Shown one piece after another: positions 50,791 through 63,587 of a DNA stretch of 63,587 nt. This stretch comes from Octopus bimaculoides. Its lineage: Eukaryota. The stretch covers positions 13,185,684-13,249,270 of the forward strand of contig NC_068988.1 of the NCBI RefSeq assembly GCF_001194135.2. The letters run 5' to 3'. The position numbers and the translations under genes are program-made. The notes under the pieces were generated by a model that had not been told where the DNA came from, made no database searches, and saw only the letters and a program-made list of their open reading frames with translations. The stretch's first letter is position 1; each line of letters begins with the position of its first letter.

Positions 50791-53477
50791 TTAGTGTCTT
50801 TTTGCTTGACTCAGTTCTTTATCATCTTCTTTGTGAGACCCAGTATCCCAAGATTTGAATGCTTCTATCTACATCTTCAGTTTCCCTCTTCTGCAAGCTT
50901 TTTCTAATCCCATTGTTTAACTCTTTTTCCATACATCTCTCACTCTTCATGTACACCACATGCCCATCCCATCATAGTTGTCTCTCTTGGACACTACAGT
51001 AGTTAGTTCAGTTGCACACTTTTTCTCTCAATACTTTTGCATCATATCTTTCATGTCCATCCAGCAGAGAATAGTCATTTTATTCCTTTCCAAAATTTGA
51101 AAATAATTAAGATGATGGTGATTTGTTTTGCCTCAATACGAGGCTCACTTTTGTGAAAGAAAAGAATATAGTCAGTTAAGTCAAACCAATACCTTGTTGG
51201 TAAATGTTTGATCTACCTTTGAACAATGAAGCTCAAAGACAACCCTTACGGGATGTGACTTCAGAATAGTGAAGTCATAATGTATTGAGTTTGATGCCTT
51301 ACCATTTGTATCAATCATAACAATTATCATCATTACCTTCAACAGTAGCAATAGAAGCATCCTCTTTTTATGTCTGTTTTTCATTGCTAGCATGAGCTGG
51401 ATATGTTTGTTATGGTATAGTACACCGCCTGTTATGTACTATATCATCTCTCACAGCATCATGTGATCTAATTTCATCACTTCTTTCCATATCTCTCTTT
51501 ATTAAACAACTTATATGTACTTTGAGAAATATTACTCCAGGTTAATCTTTCCATTCTATGTGTCTGTTAAGAAAGACATGGCTGTCTTTTTACTGTGGCT
51601 GATAAACCACCTAAGATAATAAATATGCAATCCAAATAAACTGATCATAATGAGAAAGGAAACTTTCCAAAACATTGTGCAGAAGAGAGGAGGTGTTTTA
51701 GACCACAATAAATACTGTTGTAGTTGATGATAGAAAGGACATTTAGTCATGAAAAAACAGCTCATTAACTATTGTATCCCAGAGTACCAGGATATGTTAA
51801 ATTGTCAGAAAAACCAATAATTTGTAGAGTGGGAATAGTATATTTGTTTCAATAACCTCCCATATTGCATTGATTTGCTGCTTCAAGAGAGCTCCAACAT
51901 AAATCAATTTAGGTTGGATTTGAACTCAGAATGCTGAGGAATGGATTAAATTCTGTAACACACTTAATGAAGTGTTCTATCGTTTCTGACACTTGATGAC
52001 TTAATAGCTTCAGTCATTCTGTGTAGTTGAGAAGTTTGTTTTGCAGCGGTGAGTTTTGGTTTGATCCCATGGTACTCACTATCTTAACCTTTAGTCACTC
52101 AAAGCTGTGAGAGTGGAATTTAGTTTGTGGATGCCTGTCAAATGGGAATGTTCCTGGTCTTGGGTGGTAATTTAACCCATCACTCAGTTAAACATCGCCA
52201 CCTGGTCCTTGGGCATGTTTAACTCAGTGCATTGTGTTGAAAGCATTTGGAGCATATCTCCAGTCTGTGGATTGTGGATACTTCTTTCTCTTTTCCTTTC
52301 ACCAGTTTCAGATATCCCGAAAAAGATCATAGATGCTGCCCTAATAAAAATTTAAGCTTTTTGTGTTGCTTAGGCACACAATACAAGAAAAATGATATTG
52401 GATAATGAATGATGAACCGACAATAATATTTCTATATATGGGTGATGCAAATTAAAATGGTTTGAAAATATTCTTCATGTTTATATCCACTTCATTCTCA
52501 TTCGTATATCTTCTAATTATCTTTGGGTTCTTTATATTAGCATATACTGAGTTAAAGTTATACATTCATACTTTAAAAAACATGCTTGTGTATGTGATAT
52601 ATGTATGTGTGTATGTGTATTCAAAGTTATTCTATTGCTACATTATATTTCTCATTTCCACTTTTCACAATCTGTGTGAAGCAGGAAACTCAGAGTAGTA
52701 AGAAAGATAAGCCTCAGCTTCTAATAAACTACTAAACTCTATGACAAGTATTCAATCATAAAGAAAAAGTACTGAATACTTTTTCTTTCTATGTGTAAAT
52801 ACAAATGCAAATAAAAGTATATGACACATTATAAACAAAACTGATAAAGTTAGTAATGCCCACTCATCTATGGCACACCTTCTTTTAGTGTTAGCCTAGT
52901 GATTGCAAGATCAAATAGTCAAACCTTGCTACAAATGTTGTATTGTGCTCCTAAGTGTAAAACATCTTATACTTATCTATTTATTGAGTCTGTGTCTATA
53001 TTTGAGGGATTTACAATTCATGTAAATATACAGATTTTCAAAATGAAAAAAGCTACTCTGGCCAGAGAAATTAAATGTATATTATCTTAAAAAATTAACA
53101 GAAATGCTTTGCCTTTATCTATGGTACTGGTTTAAATGTCTTGCACTATCATGGACTTAGATCATTGTAGTGTGGAAGAAAAATGTTTTTGTTTATTACT
53201 TGTGTTACTAGTGGAGCACTTCTTTTTCCAATCAGCATGCAGAAAAGGTTGAGCTTTAAGAGGTACATCATAGAAAAATAGAACTGTCACTATTTATATT
53301 TTGTTACCATTCCTTTCTCTTTATTTGTATGCTAATTCTAATAATGATAATGGCGATGACAATTTTTCATATTGACACAATGTTTATAAATATAGTATAG
53401 TTCATTAGATTGACCACACTATGCTTGGGGCCTTGAAACAAGCTGAAGGCAAAGTTGACTCTTCTGGGATTTGAGTA

Positions 53478-53835
53478 TGTTGTTGTTGGCACTCCGTCAC
53501 TTACGATGTCGAGGGTTCCAGTTGATCTGATCAACGGAACAGCCTGCTTGTGAAATTAACTTGCAAGTGGTTGAGCACTCCACAGACACGTGTACCCTTA
53601 TCGCAGTTCTTGGGGATATTCAGCGTGACACAGTGTGACAAGGCTGGCCCCTTTGAATTACAGGCACAACAGAAACAGGAAGTAAGAGTGAGAGAAAGTT
53701 GTGGTGAAAGAGTACAGCAGGGTTCGCCACCATCCCCTGCTCAATAAACACTCACAACACCCGGTCTGGGAATCAAAACCGCGATCCTATGACCACGAGT
53801 CTGCTGCCCTAACCACTGGGCCATTGCGCCTCCAC
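53478..53835 (-). mobile_element. Well-preserved tRNA-headed SINE family D
   Basis: A-box TGGCCCAGTGG, D-arm GCCC/GGGC, B-box-like GGTTTTGATTCC and an (AAC)n tail. Many CpGs are retained. Confidence 0.85.
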
Positions 53836-55177
53836 CTGGATTTGAATATAGACTGTAAAACATTTAGTCTGGCACAAATTTGAAAGGTTCAAGTTTTGTA
53901 TATTGTTTACAATGTATACAAAACAATTCTGTCTAGGAATTAAAACTGAATTAAGATTTATAAGAAGAAAATATGTCAAAAAGAAGTATTTCCTGCAGAA
54001 TAGCTTTGTCTGATTAAGAATTGTAGAGTGCAAAGTAAAACTTTTAGATTATAGTTGAAGAATATAATCCAAGTGACTGAATGCAGAGATACTGATGAAG
54101 GGATTCTGACTCGTAGCAATGGAGATTAGAATATTTGTCATTGTTGTTCATCATCATGATTTCATTAATCTCTTCTGTTCTGTTATGGTTTAGACTGATC
54201 TGGAGTCTTAACTATTACTATAGCAACTCTGTGTGCGTGTGTGTGTGTGTGTGTAACATTACATGATCTAGTACACTGTGATTTGAGCAAATATTAGATA
54301 GCTTTCTTAACATAAATTACACTACGATGAGAGAAACACACACACACACACACACATGATTAGAAATAACAAAAAAGATAAGACATATCTAATGGAACAG
54401 TGAGATTTAGTTTGATGTTGTTGTTGCTGTTGTTATGGTGGTAGTGTTGGTGAGGGTTAATGAGGAAGCTTACTCAAGTGAATGTTTGACCTTGTATTTT
54501 TATGCTATGATTACAGGAGTTTAGTTAGTATCACTAACCTGTGAATATGAGATGTCGTTCTACCATACATTGATTTGCATAGAGAATAGACATTCGTTAT
54601 TTTGTTGTTTTTTTTTATTTTTAATTAGTTTTTGTGATTTAACAGTTTTAGTTTTTAGAGCAAATGATTCAATAACCTTATACGTGTTTCAGTGTGTCTA
54701 TCAGTTATTTTTTTTTTTCTTTTCCCTTTTCTTTTATTAAATGAAGTGCTCAGTTGACATTCCATTTACCAGTTCAAAAAAGAAAATCCATCTTGCTTCC
54801 ACTTCTAATACACACTCATCTAATACATCTAATTAACAAATTATTGACAAATTCTTTTTGTCAGCTGGGATATCTTAATTAAATAAAATCATGTTATTCC
54901 ATTTCCTCTACTAATTAATAATGGAAAACTTAAGTCATTGCACTCTTTTACACATGCCCTCTTTAACAACTTCCAACATCCTTATATAGAGATTCCATAT
55001 AAGCCATATAACCAAAATATTATTATAAAGCACGTTGGATTCTATACCAAAAAACCTATTCAGTCCTTCTTCCTCCAGAACTGTCCCCCCTGAAATCCCT
55101 CCTGCCAGCATTTTCCTAGTAGAAGTAAAATAGAATACCCGTTCATAGATCTTTAATTGTTGCTGTTATTCAAGCCA

Positions 55178-55213
<36 letters not shown>

Positions 55214-56423
55214 TGTATCCCAGGCTATATTAACCAGTGTCTTTTTCAATTTGGTAGATTTAGTTTAAGGGCGATTTAGTTATTTCTAGCAGGTCAGCTG
55301 ACCTTGTAGAGGTTCATTTGCTGGCTCAGAGGTATTAAGTTTAAATCCTTCACGTGCTTATTGTATGTATTAAGATACTACTTTACATGCTTCAGTTCAA
55401 TGAGCTTTCAAAGAGTAAGAACCGGGATCATCTGAGAAAGATTTATTTACCATCCACTTAAAATAAGAGTGAAGCACCAGCTCTTTGATCTTTGAATGGC
55501 TACATAATAACCATAAATTATCAGTATCAAACTGAAAATTGACTTCTCTAAAACTACCCAGTTATCTCTATATTCCACTTTAGGAAGGTTTAAACTAAGA
55601 AACACTGCTGTACCTTGTCAAACTAATCAATAGAAAAGATTACTTTTATCTACAAGAAAAGCTGTCTACTTGATAAGAAAATACACTCAGGTATATGCCT
55701 CCAAATATTGACCAATGTACACCAACCCACTTTCTAACTTCCTACAGTTACAATGAGCCAACTCTGAATGGTCCCTTGACTTACCAAATCTTCAAATCAC
55801 ACCTTATCATCTTAGAAAAAGAGAACACTTTGGATAGTATGGTCCTATGAAAAAGACAGTGATCATGGTTGATCGCAGCTCTGCCATCTCTAATTAAGCC
55901 TCTCTCTGGACTTTACATTCTCTTCTTACTGTATCTCCCCAATGTCAGACCTTTTAACTAAATACATCCAATCTTCTTTCTGCTCTCCAGAATTGCATTT
56001 TGCTGGAATTCATTCACTGTCGAAATATTCTCACCAACTTCTTATTTTGCAATGAGTTACATTGAACCAAGTTATATTAGTCTTATCTACTGCTTCCAGT
56101 TTTCCTGTCTAGAAGAATGGCTTTCGATTTATATAAATAATCTTTTGCTCCATAAGATATTAAAAAAAAATTACCATTGAGTGTCAGAATTTTTTTTTTC
56201 TTTTTTTTTTTTCTGAAGGAAAAAATATTGATGTGTTGATATTTCATTGATCTGCAGTTGTATCTCTTGTTGAATGAAAACAGCCAGTGAGTCAGACATT
56301 TGGTTTCTAGATTAAAGCTGACTTTATTTAAAAGTAAAACAGAATTGAATTCTGAATAAAACAAAGGCGGCCAGCCCATTCAGTATCAATAGTTTGACCT
56401 ACCTAAGGAAATATAAAACCATG

Positions 56424-56433
56424 NNNNNNNNNN
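56424..56433. other. 10-N gap flanked by an exact 152-bp duplication (assembly artefact)
   Basis: 56272-56423 is identical to 56434-56585. Confidence 0.9.
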
Positions 56434-58458
56434 GAATGAAAACAGCCAGTGAGTCAGACATTTGGTTTCTAGATTAAAGCTGACTTTATTTAAAAGTAAA
56501 ACAGAATTGAATTCTGAATAAAACAAAGGCGGCCAGCCCATTCAGTATCAATAGTTTGACCTACCTAAGGAAATATAAAACCATGAAGATTTTTTAATAG
56601 TTCAACCTATATGAGTCACTGTGTATATATACACACCTACATACAGAAGGCAAACGGTCAATTTTTATGATTCACAATGTACTGTTAATTTCATTCTTAA
56701 CATGTCATACATTCTCTTATTTAAGGAAGAGTTTTTTTATTTATTTATTTTTTCTGAACATTATCAAGATCAATGTTTGACACTTGTCAAAGCAAAGAAA
56801 ATAAATTGAGCCTAACTTAGTTATAAATGTTCATATTGGGACTGTAATATCAGAGTAGTAGATTATTGGACATATAAGCCTTTTCTGTTATAAGTTGCAA
56901 GATAATCTTTTGTTATTAATTAACTAGTTTTGTTATTTTAAACAACAGTGTTCTAGATATATTTTTGTTATTTAGTATTTTGATTTGATTCAATATTTAT
57001 TTTGATTTTTATGCAATATTATTACATTGGAAACATTTTCTGTAATTCTGAACATGGCTACCTAAAACAACTATCTTGTATGATAATAAGCATTTGACTT
57101 TAGCAAGGTTCTGCTCAACATAATTTAGTTAAAAGTATCTGATTAGTGGTGCCACTTGTTTGTGTCAAGTTCTTCATTATACACTTAATAGGGTTCTCTG
57201 TTTTCACCACCATTACCACTATGAAACTTACTCTCAAGTCTTTACTATGAATGTTGTTGGAAATACTCTGCTTGAGTTAGAACTTACTTAGGTTTGTCAT
57301 AAGGCCAGAGTTTATTCCAGTTTCCATGGCATATGAATGACTGAGATTACCACACTCCCTGCTGAACAAGATAGTAGTAGTCTGTAACAGGGTTAACTTC
57401 CTAGCTATTGCTGAATGGACTTGAGCAATGTGAAATGAAGTTCTTCAAGAACACAACTCACCACCCAGTCTGGGAATTGAAATCATGATCATACAGTTGT
57501 GAGTGCAACATCTTAAACATTAAGCCATGCACCTTCACTTGAGTTTGAACACCAGAGTATAATTAATGCTTGCTGCCACAGTATTAGTGTCATCAACAAA
57601 CTGGAGTACTGACAGGAATGAATATTAGCAAGGACAAATTTGTAGTTTTGCAACTCACACATGCAGGAAGAAGTCTTTATTGTTTTGTGAAGATGTTTGT
57701 TACTGGATCATGAATTCCATTAAATTATTTACTGACTAGTCCATTTCAGATCTCTAGATGACCAGAAACTAAGTGAGGATCATTGCCTGCACATGGCCTG
57801 TATCACTTCAATAATTACACTTGTTAATGACATCTTACCTCATGAACAACTGGCCAGACTAAATATGTTTTCTGACTTTTCTTATGTGCTTTTTCATGAT
57901 CAAAATGTCTATCTTTTTGACCAACAGAGAGAGATAAACTTTTTCTCATGACCAAACTACTGCCAGTGTCTATTTTTCACTTCCTAACTACCATACATAT
58001 TGATGTTGTTTATATCATATACAAATTTACAAGGTTTTTTTTTTTCTTGTTTTGTAATGTCCTCTATTCTTTCTTGTTTCTTGACAAAGAAAGGAAATAT
58101 TTCTTTCTTCTTTCTTGTTCTAAATTATATAAGTTTTGCTTCCTGTCAATGTACAGACCAGCATAAAAGATGCAATCAATTGAATACATTAGTAAATAGA
58201 TCAATTAGCATAATTTATGAATTGAATTTTTCATATCTTATGAGTATATTTTCAATTACAATGTTGTAGTTTTACACTAACATTCTGAGTTAAATTTAAT
58301 CCAGAAAGAACTTATCTCTGAATTGTTTGAGTGTGACAACTTCATAAAGAACTGAGAAGTTTTTAGATGTTTATGCCTGTGGTAGAATGGTTTCCTTTAG
58401 CTTTCTCCTTGTTAACCAATTAGAGTGATTCCTGAACAACCCCACCCTTCATTTGTAG

Positions 58459-58622
58459 TGTAGCACTGCTGCTGTTGATGTTACCAGCCTGTGTCACCTT
58501 TAGTCTAGCAGTTTCCTCCAACAACAACAACAACAACACAGATTTGCATCTCCATCCACACCACCGGCTCCATCTCTCACTAGAAATTTTATCACTTTTC
58601 GAGAATGGAAGTCTATAAAATG
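58459..58622 (+). other. Candidate plus-strand exon (probably 5' UTR or first coding)
   Basis: Acceptor CCCTTCATTTGTAG (alternative CACCTTTAG at 58503) and consensus donor ATG|GTGAGT. Contains (CAA)6. Confidence 0.3.
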
Positions 58623-59715
58623 GTGAGTCTCTGCTCTAGTTATTTGTTTGATATTTTATGGTGATGTTGTGCTGTTTTTAAAGTAACCTCTGTTATGCCT
58701 TCATATCTTTCAAGAATGCTTGATACACTTTTTATTTTTATTTTTTAGTTATTTGTTTGTTTTATTTTCCTCATTTTAAAAATTCTATGGCTTATCAGCA
58801 GTAATCTTTTCTATCCTAGTTAGTATGTTTTATTTTTCTAATAGAATTAACCCTGGTGGCTAGTGGCTTTATCATATCTGTGTCTCTTTACTATTATATT
58901 TTATTTTTATTTTCAACAGTCCATAATATAATACTGCAACCCTTTTTTTATTGCTATTAAAACTATCCTTTAGCTTATAAATTAAAATTAGCATCTTATT
59001 TGGAATGGTTCTGATACAGTTCATGATATATAACTATGTTCCTGTAATAGCTCATCAAATTAGATAGTTACCCATGCCAGCATGGAAGGCAGACGTTAAG
59101 CAATGATGATGTTTCTTCTTTAAGAGTTTTTCATATGTTCCTATATATTAATCTGTTGTATACACCCCTTCGTTTCCCTTTAGAAATTTTAAGACAATAC
59201 TTCCAATTTGTGTTACATAAGTTGCCCAAACAACATGTCTATTCATTTTCTGAAGCATTTTATTTTCGCTGTATGCTATTGGCTTCAAACTTTACGAACA
59301 TTTCAAAAATTATGTTGCTATAGTCATTGAACTTACATAACATCTATATTAAGTTACATATTCTACTACTGTTTTTATAACTCTGGTAAACTCTCCTAAA
59401 CTATTTTAGATTAATTGCAGCCCTATCTATGTTTTCCAGTTCAGCTGTGCTCTCATTTCTACACTCTCCAATTGAATGTACAGTCATCCATAATCTTTGG
59501 TCAAACTGTGTTCTCTTTACTACTTTCTATCTCTCTCTCTCTCTTTCTCTGTTTGAGTTGTAATGCTACATTTATACTATTTATAGTATTATTTTAAATT
59601 TCATATATATTTGTATCTTTGTATCGTATTTTCTTCAGTCTGTTGAGATTACACTTCCAAATTTTTAAGTTACATATCAGATTGTGCTCCATTAAGCAAA
59701 TTTCTTGTCACACTG

Positions 59716-59950
59716 TTTCTTTATGCATGTTAACTACCCAACTATTCCTTTTTGCATGTTAACTATCCAACTATTCCTTTCTGCATGTTAACTATCCAAC
59801 TATTCCTTTTCGCATGTTATTTATCCCAATGTGCCTTTCTGCATGTTAGTTATCCAACTGTTTCTTTCTGTATGTTGATTATCCAGCTGTTCCTTTATGT
59901 ATGTAACTTAACCCATTCTTATTTTCTGCATGTTAATTGTCTCACTGTGA
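59716..59950. repeat. 29-bp minisatellite (~8 units, TGCATGTTAACTATCCAACTATTCCTTTC)
   Basis: Tandem units are directly visible and diverge progressively to the right. Confidence 0.85.
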
Positions 59951-60247
59951 TTTATGTACTACCTACTGATTATCTTCCTGTATATAAGACATTTATTGTC
60001 TTTTCCACAAACCAGTTGTTGTATTCTAAGCTTATTTTTTGCATGTCAGATTTAAATTGTTGTGTATTTTGGTTTGGGTTTTTCTTTATTTATTTTGCAT
60101 GTTGATTTTCAGTTTACACTCTATGCATACCCATTTGTAAAGTTTAAAAAAATATATTCCACTTACTCTGTTCTTTAATTTCTGCATGATATTCACTAAA
60201 TTTCTGGTAGAGTTGTTTCTGTTTGTCAGAGTTGTTTTGTTTTGTAG

Positions 60248-60278
60248 AATCCCTCCTAGTTAAGATACCCACTTACTG
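60248..60278 (+). other. Candidate 31-nt plus-strand microexon
   Basis: Acceptor TTGTTTTGTTTTGTAG and donor CTG|GTGAGT. Confidence 0.25.
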
Positions 60279-60472
60279 GTGAGTACCTGTATATAGTGAA
60301 GTTAATGTAGCATCATAGATTGACAAATGCAAATCTTGACATGCAAATGTATCAGAATCAAGTTTTGGATCTAATGGTAATGCTGACTTGGACAGTTTGG
60401 ACTTCAGTCTAAGGTGTGAATATTGGATCAGCCTTAATTTATCATCTCCAAGCCTGGATTCAGCACTGAAAT
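60277..60472 (-). CDS. Candidate minus-strand coding exon (DFSAESRLGDDKLRLIQYSHLRLKSKLSKSALPLDPKLDSDTFACQDLHLSIYDATLTSLYTGTH)
   Basis: Acceptor TATTTTGTTAG, donor CCA|GTAAGT, 196 nt open (phase 1 to 2). No homolog recognised. Confidence 0.3.
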
Positions 60473-61000
60473 CTAACAAAATATACTCATTCTACAGTGC
60501 TTGTGCTCCTCATATTTAGTGCTGGCATTGGAATTTGAAATATTGAGCTTTTAAGCCAATCCCCTATCAATACAACCATTTGTAATTTTCTTAGAATTAA
60601 CATAAGGCTTTTTACAACTTTAATTTGTTTTGAAATCAGAGTAGAAATGGCATTGAACTATAAACAATATTCTTTTAAATTTAACTTACAATGAAAGTAA
60701 ACAAAGTTTGCTTTAGAAGCGTTGAGATATATTGAAAGATACAGAAATACTTTATTCTCAAACGATCTTTTCTGCTATATATGGATAGTTTATCCTGTTC
60801 ATGCTATTGTATTAGCTTTATCATGTGTTTGAGAATAAATTATTTCTGTATCTTTCAATATTCTTTTAATGTTTGTAACTTGTTAACAGCAAATTCATTA
60901 CAAATTTTACTATGTTGAGTTTTCATTTTAAAAAGAATTCCTAATAGCAGTAATCAGGTTAGATCTATATATCTTTAACTAACAAGAAAATAATCTCAAG

Positions 61001-61043
<43 letters not shown>

Positions 61044-61624
61044 GTTCACATCTTAGTATGATACTGAATGGTTCATCTGAAAAATTAAGATTTTCACGTC
61101 TTGTAACCTACTTTAAAGTGACACTATTAAGCCACTATAGTACATAACCATCACAAAAGTAAATTTATTCAATATTTTGTAGTTGTGGCATATCAAAGCT
61201 GAAATATTGAATACATTACCTTTGTATCATTTTGTTTATCTGAAAAATATAGGCTTAAACCTCATACATTGATTGAATTAATGACCAAGAATTAAGTTTC
61301 ATCAACAAATGACTTGAATTTTTAAGAGAACGAAAAATGATTTGAATAAACTGTTTCCATCTGTGACACATGACATCAAAGCATTACAATAATGCCATGA
61401 AAAACAGTGTCTTTCAAGTTTCATGTAATTGTAACCATAACCATATATTTTACAAAGGTGAACGCTTATAATGACTAAAACGTGTCGAGAAGAGGAAACT
61501 TTACAAACAGATTCAAACGGATTCAAATGAACAAGTTAAACAACAATGTAAAACTCTTTGATTTTGGTTATCTTTTAAAATCCAATGTGAGAGAAAAATA
61601 GTTTCATTTCCTCCTAGTTTTAGC

Positions 61625-61670
<46 letters not shown>

Positions 61671-61718
61671 TGTGAGTAGAGATATAAATACATATATGTA
61701 CATGCAGACACGTTGGAA

Positions 61719-61728
61719 NNNNNNNNNN
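61719..61728. other. 10-N gap flanked by an 87-bp duplication (assembly artefact)
   Basis: 61632-61718 is repeated at 61729-61815. Confidence 0.9.
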
Positions 61729-61767
<39 letters not shown>

Positions 61768-61948
61768 TGTGAGTAGAGATATAAATACATATATGTACAT
61801 GCAGACACGTTGGAAACAGGTAAGAGTTGGTGAAAAGGGCAGCCAGTCATAGAAAATCTGCTTCAACAAATTTGAATCATTTATCTTTTATTTGTTTCTG
61901 TCATTGGACTCTGGCCATGCTGGGGCACCACCTTGAAGGGTTTTAGTT

Positions 61949-62136
61949 CAGTGATTCTCAACCGAGGTCCACATGACCCTAGAGGGTTCATATAGTATTT
62001 TGTTACTAAAGTTTATGTGCAAAAAATTAGTTATACTTTTACACTACACAAAATATTTTAACAATTTTCTAATACAATTCCTAATAATATTTAATTATTA
62101 AAATATAATGGGATGCTTTTTAAACATCAAATTGCT
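61949..62136 (+). mobile_element. Left part of a hAT-like MITE related to 21798-22127
   Basis: CAGTGATTCTCAACCGAGGTCCACATGACCC resembles CAGTGGTTCTCATCTGGGGTCCATATGGCCC. Confidence 0.55.
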
Positions 62137-62222
62137 GTTATACTTATACATTAGCGTTATACTAATACATCCATTTGTTGTTTACACCACCTGTCTTCGT
62201 CTGTTGTTTTTTTGTGAATTCT

Positions 62223-62275
<53 letters not shown>

Positions 62276-62776
62276 TGTGTGTGGCTGTGTGGTTAGAAGC
62301 TTGCTTCTAACCACATGGTTCTGGGCTCAGTTCCACTGTGTGGCACCTTGGGCAAATGTCTTCTACCATAGCCTCAGGCTGACCAAAGCATTGGTAGACA
62401 GAAACCTATGGACCTCTTTGACTTTTAATTTATGCTGCTGGACCTCCTCCATAGCAATTTGATGTTTAAAAAGCATCCCATTATATTTTAATAATTAAAT
62501 ATTATTAGGAATTGTATTAGAAAATTGTATATATATATATATATATATATATAAGCAGTCCAGCTTATATATATGTATATATTTGTGTGTGTGCTTGTCT
62601 CCCCACCATTGCTTGACAAGCAATGTAGGTGTGTTTATGTCCCCGTAACTTAGCAGTTCAGCAAAAGAAACCAATAGAATAAGTACTAGGCTTACAAAGA
62701 ATAAGTCCTGGGGTTGATTGTTCAACTAAAGGTGATGCTCCAGCATGGCTACAATCAAATGACTGAAAAAAGTAAA

Positions 62777-62780
<4 letters not shown>
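62276..62780 (+). mobile_element. SINE family A (module 1) interrupted by an inverted segment at 62409-62528
   Basis: Head and body at 62276-62408; microsatellite and module 1 at 62530-62780. Confidence 0.75.
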
Positions 62781-62812
<32 letters not shown>

Positions 62813-63329
62813 GTGCCTTTTAGTTTCTGTTTACCAAATCCATTTACAAAACTTTGGTAAGCCTGGGGCTATTGTAAAAAGCACTTGCCAAAGGTGTCAC
62901 ACAGTGGGATTGAACCCAAGACCTATATATATATCTACACACATATGTTCATATATATATTGATTTTAAAAAATTTACAATGACTTAAAATGTTAGCAGT
63001 AATTGGCTGTGTCACACTGTGAGGTCTGTCCATTTCTATGCATGCGCTCATCATATGGGTTGATGATTTCATTGTAATGTATGCATAATTTACAAAGTAG
63101 AAATATCTGAAGTAATAAAATATTGAATTGAGTTAAGAAATAGAAATTATTCTTAACTGGTACTAGAGTACTTGAGTAAGGTTGATAAGCCATTGTCAAA
63201 CTTTCCATGTGAAAGCAAATATTATAATCTACTTAAATATTTATTAATAACACTTTTAGTTAATGCTTGATTAGTTTATGAAGAGCTATACTTAAAAAAA
63301 CACATATATAAATATATATATATATATAT

Positions 63330-63571
63330 CGCCAGTGCCCCTGGACTGGCTCTTGTGTGGGTGGCACATAAAAGACACCATTTTGAGCGTGGCCGTTTTC
63401 ATGCGGGTGACACATAAAAGTACCCACTACACTCTCTGAGTGGTTGGCGTTAGGAAGGGCATCCAGCTGTAGAAACTCTGCCAAATTAGATTGGAGCCTG
63501 GTGTTGCCATCCAGTTTCACCAGTCCAACCCATGCTAACATGGAAGGCGGACGTTAAACGATGATGATGAT
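63330..63571 (+). mobile_element. RTE-type 3' UTR and tail
   Basis: GGTTGGCGTTAGGAAGGGCATCCAGCTGTAGAAACTCTGCC ... GGACGTTAAACGATGATGATG. Confidence 0.85.
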
Positions 63572-63587
63572 ATATATACATATATAT

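Noticed and set aside
53760-53835. tRNA-like sequence with good A and B boxes
   Set aside because: The anticodon and acceptor stems do not pair properly and it continues into a SINE body, so it is a SINE head, not a tRNA gene.
56272-56585. Exact 152-bp direct repeat that could look like a tandem duplication or CRISPR-like unit
   Set aside because: It flanks a 10-N gap exactly, typical of an unmerged contig overlap. The same pattern occurs at 61632-61815.
57750-57951. 66-codon plus-strand open frame after a good acceptor
   Set aside because: Neighbouring frames show faint Tc1/mariner-like fragments (FVTG, NWP, SDF), suggesting a decayed transposase. The length is within chance for this window.

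Overview
This is an AT-rich, microsatellite-dense, repeat-dominated animal genomic window with five assembly gaps. The SINE families look like Octopus/cephalopod repeats; that is recognition from memory, not a database hit. No host protein could be named. Most ORFs in the supplied track are microsatellite, N-gap or chance ORFs. Best-supported content: decayed transposable elements (several tRNA-headed SINE families, RTE and R4/Dong-like LINE remnants, Penelope-like remnants, two Tc1/mariner-superfamily remnants, hAT-like MITEs, and one solo LTR with a 5-bp TSD). A CpG-retaining promoter-like zone at ~20.3-21.7 kb probably drives an unidentified minus-strand gene with three phase-compatible candidate exons (20780-20793, 15280-15459, 1627-1699). 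Weak plus-strand exon candidates occur further right. The most interesting observation is a Pol III B-box SINE-like element whose Penelope-type tail folds as a minimal hammerhead ribozyme (14957-15003). It sits beside a fold-back hairpin with A-C mismatches, just inside an intron of the candidate gene. Other notable items are two long inverted repeats, a modular SINE with a microsatellite hinge, and an orphan acidic ORF. No CRISPR array, rRNA or functional tRNA gene was found.
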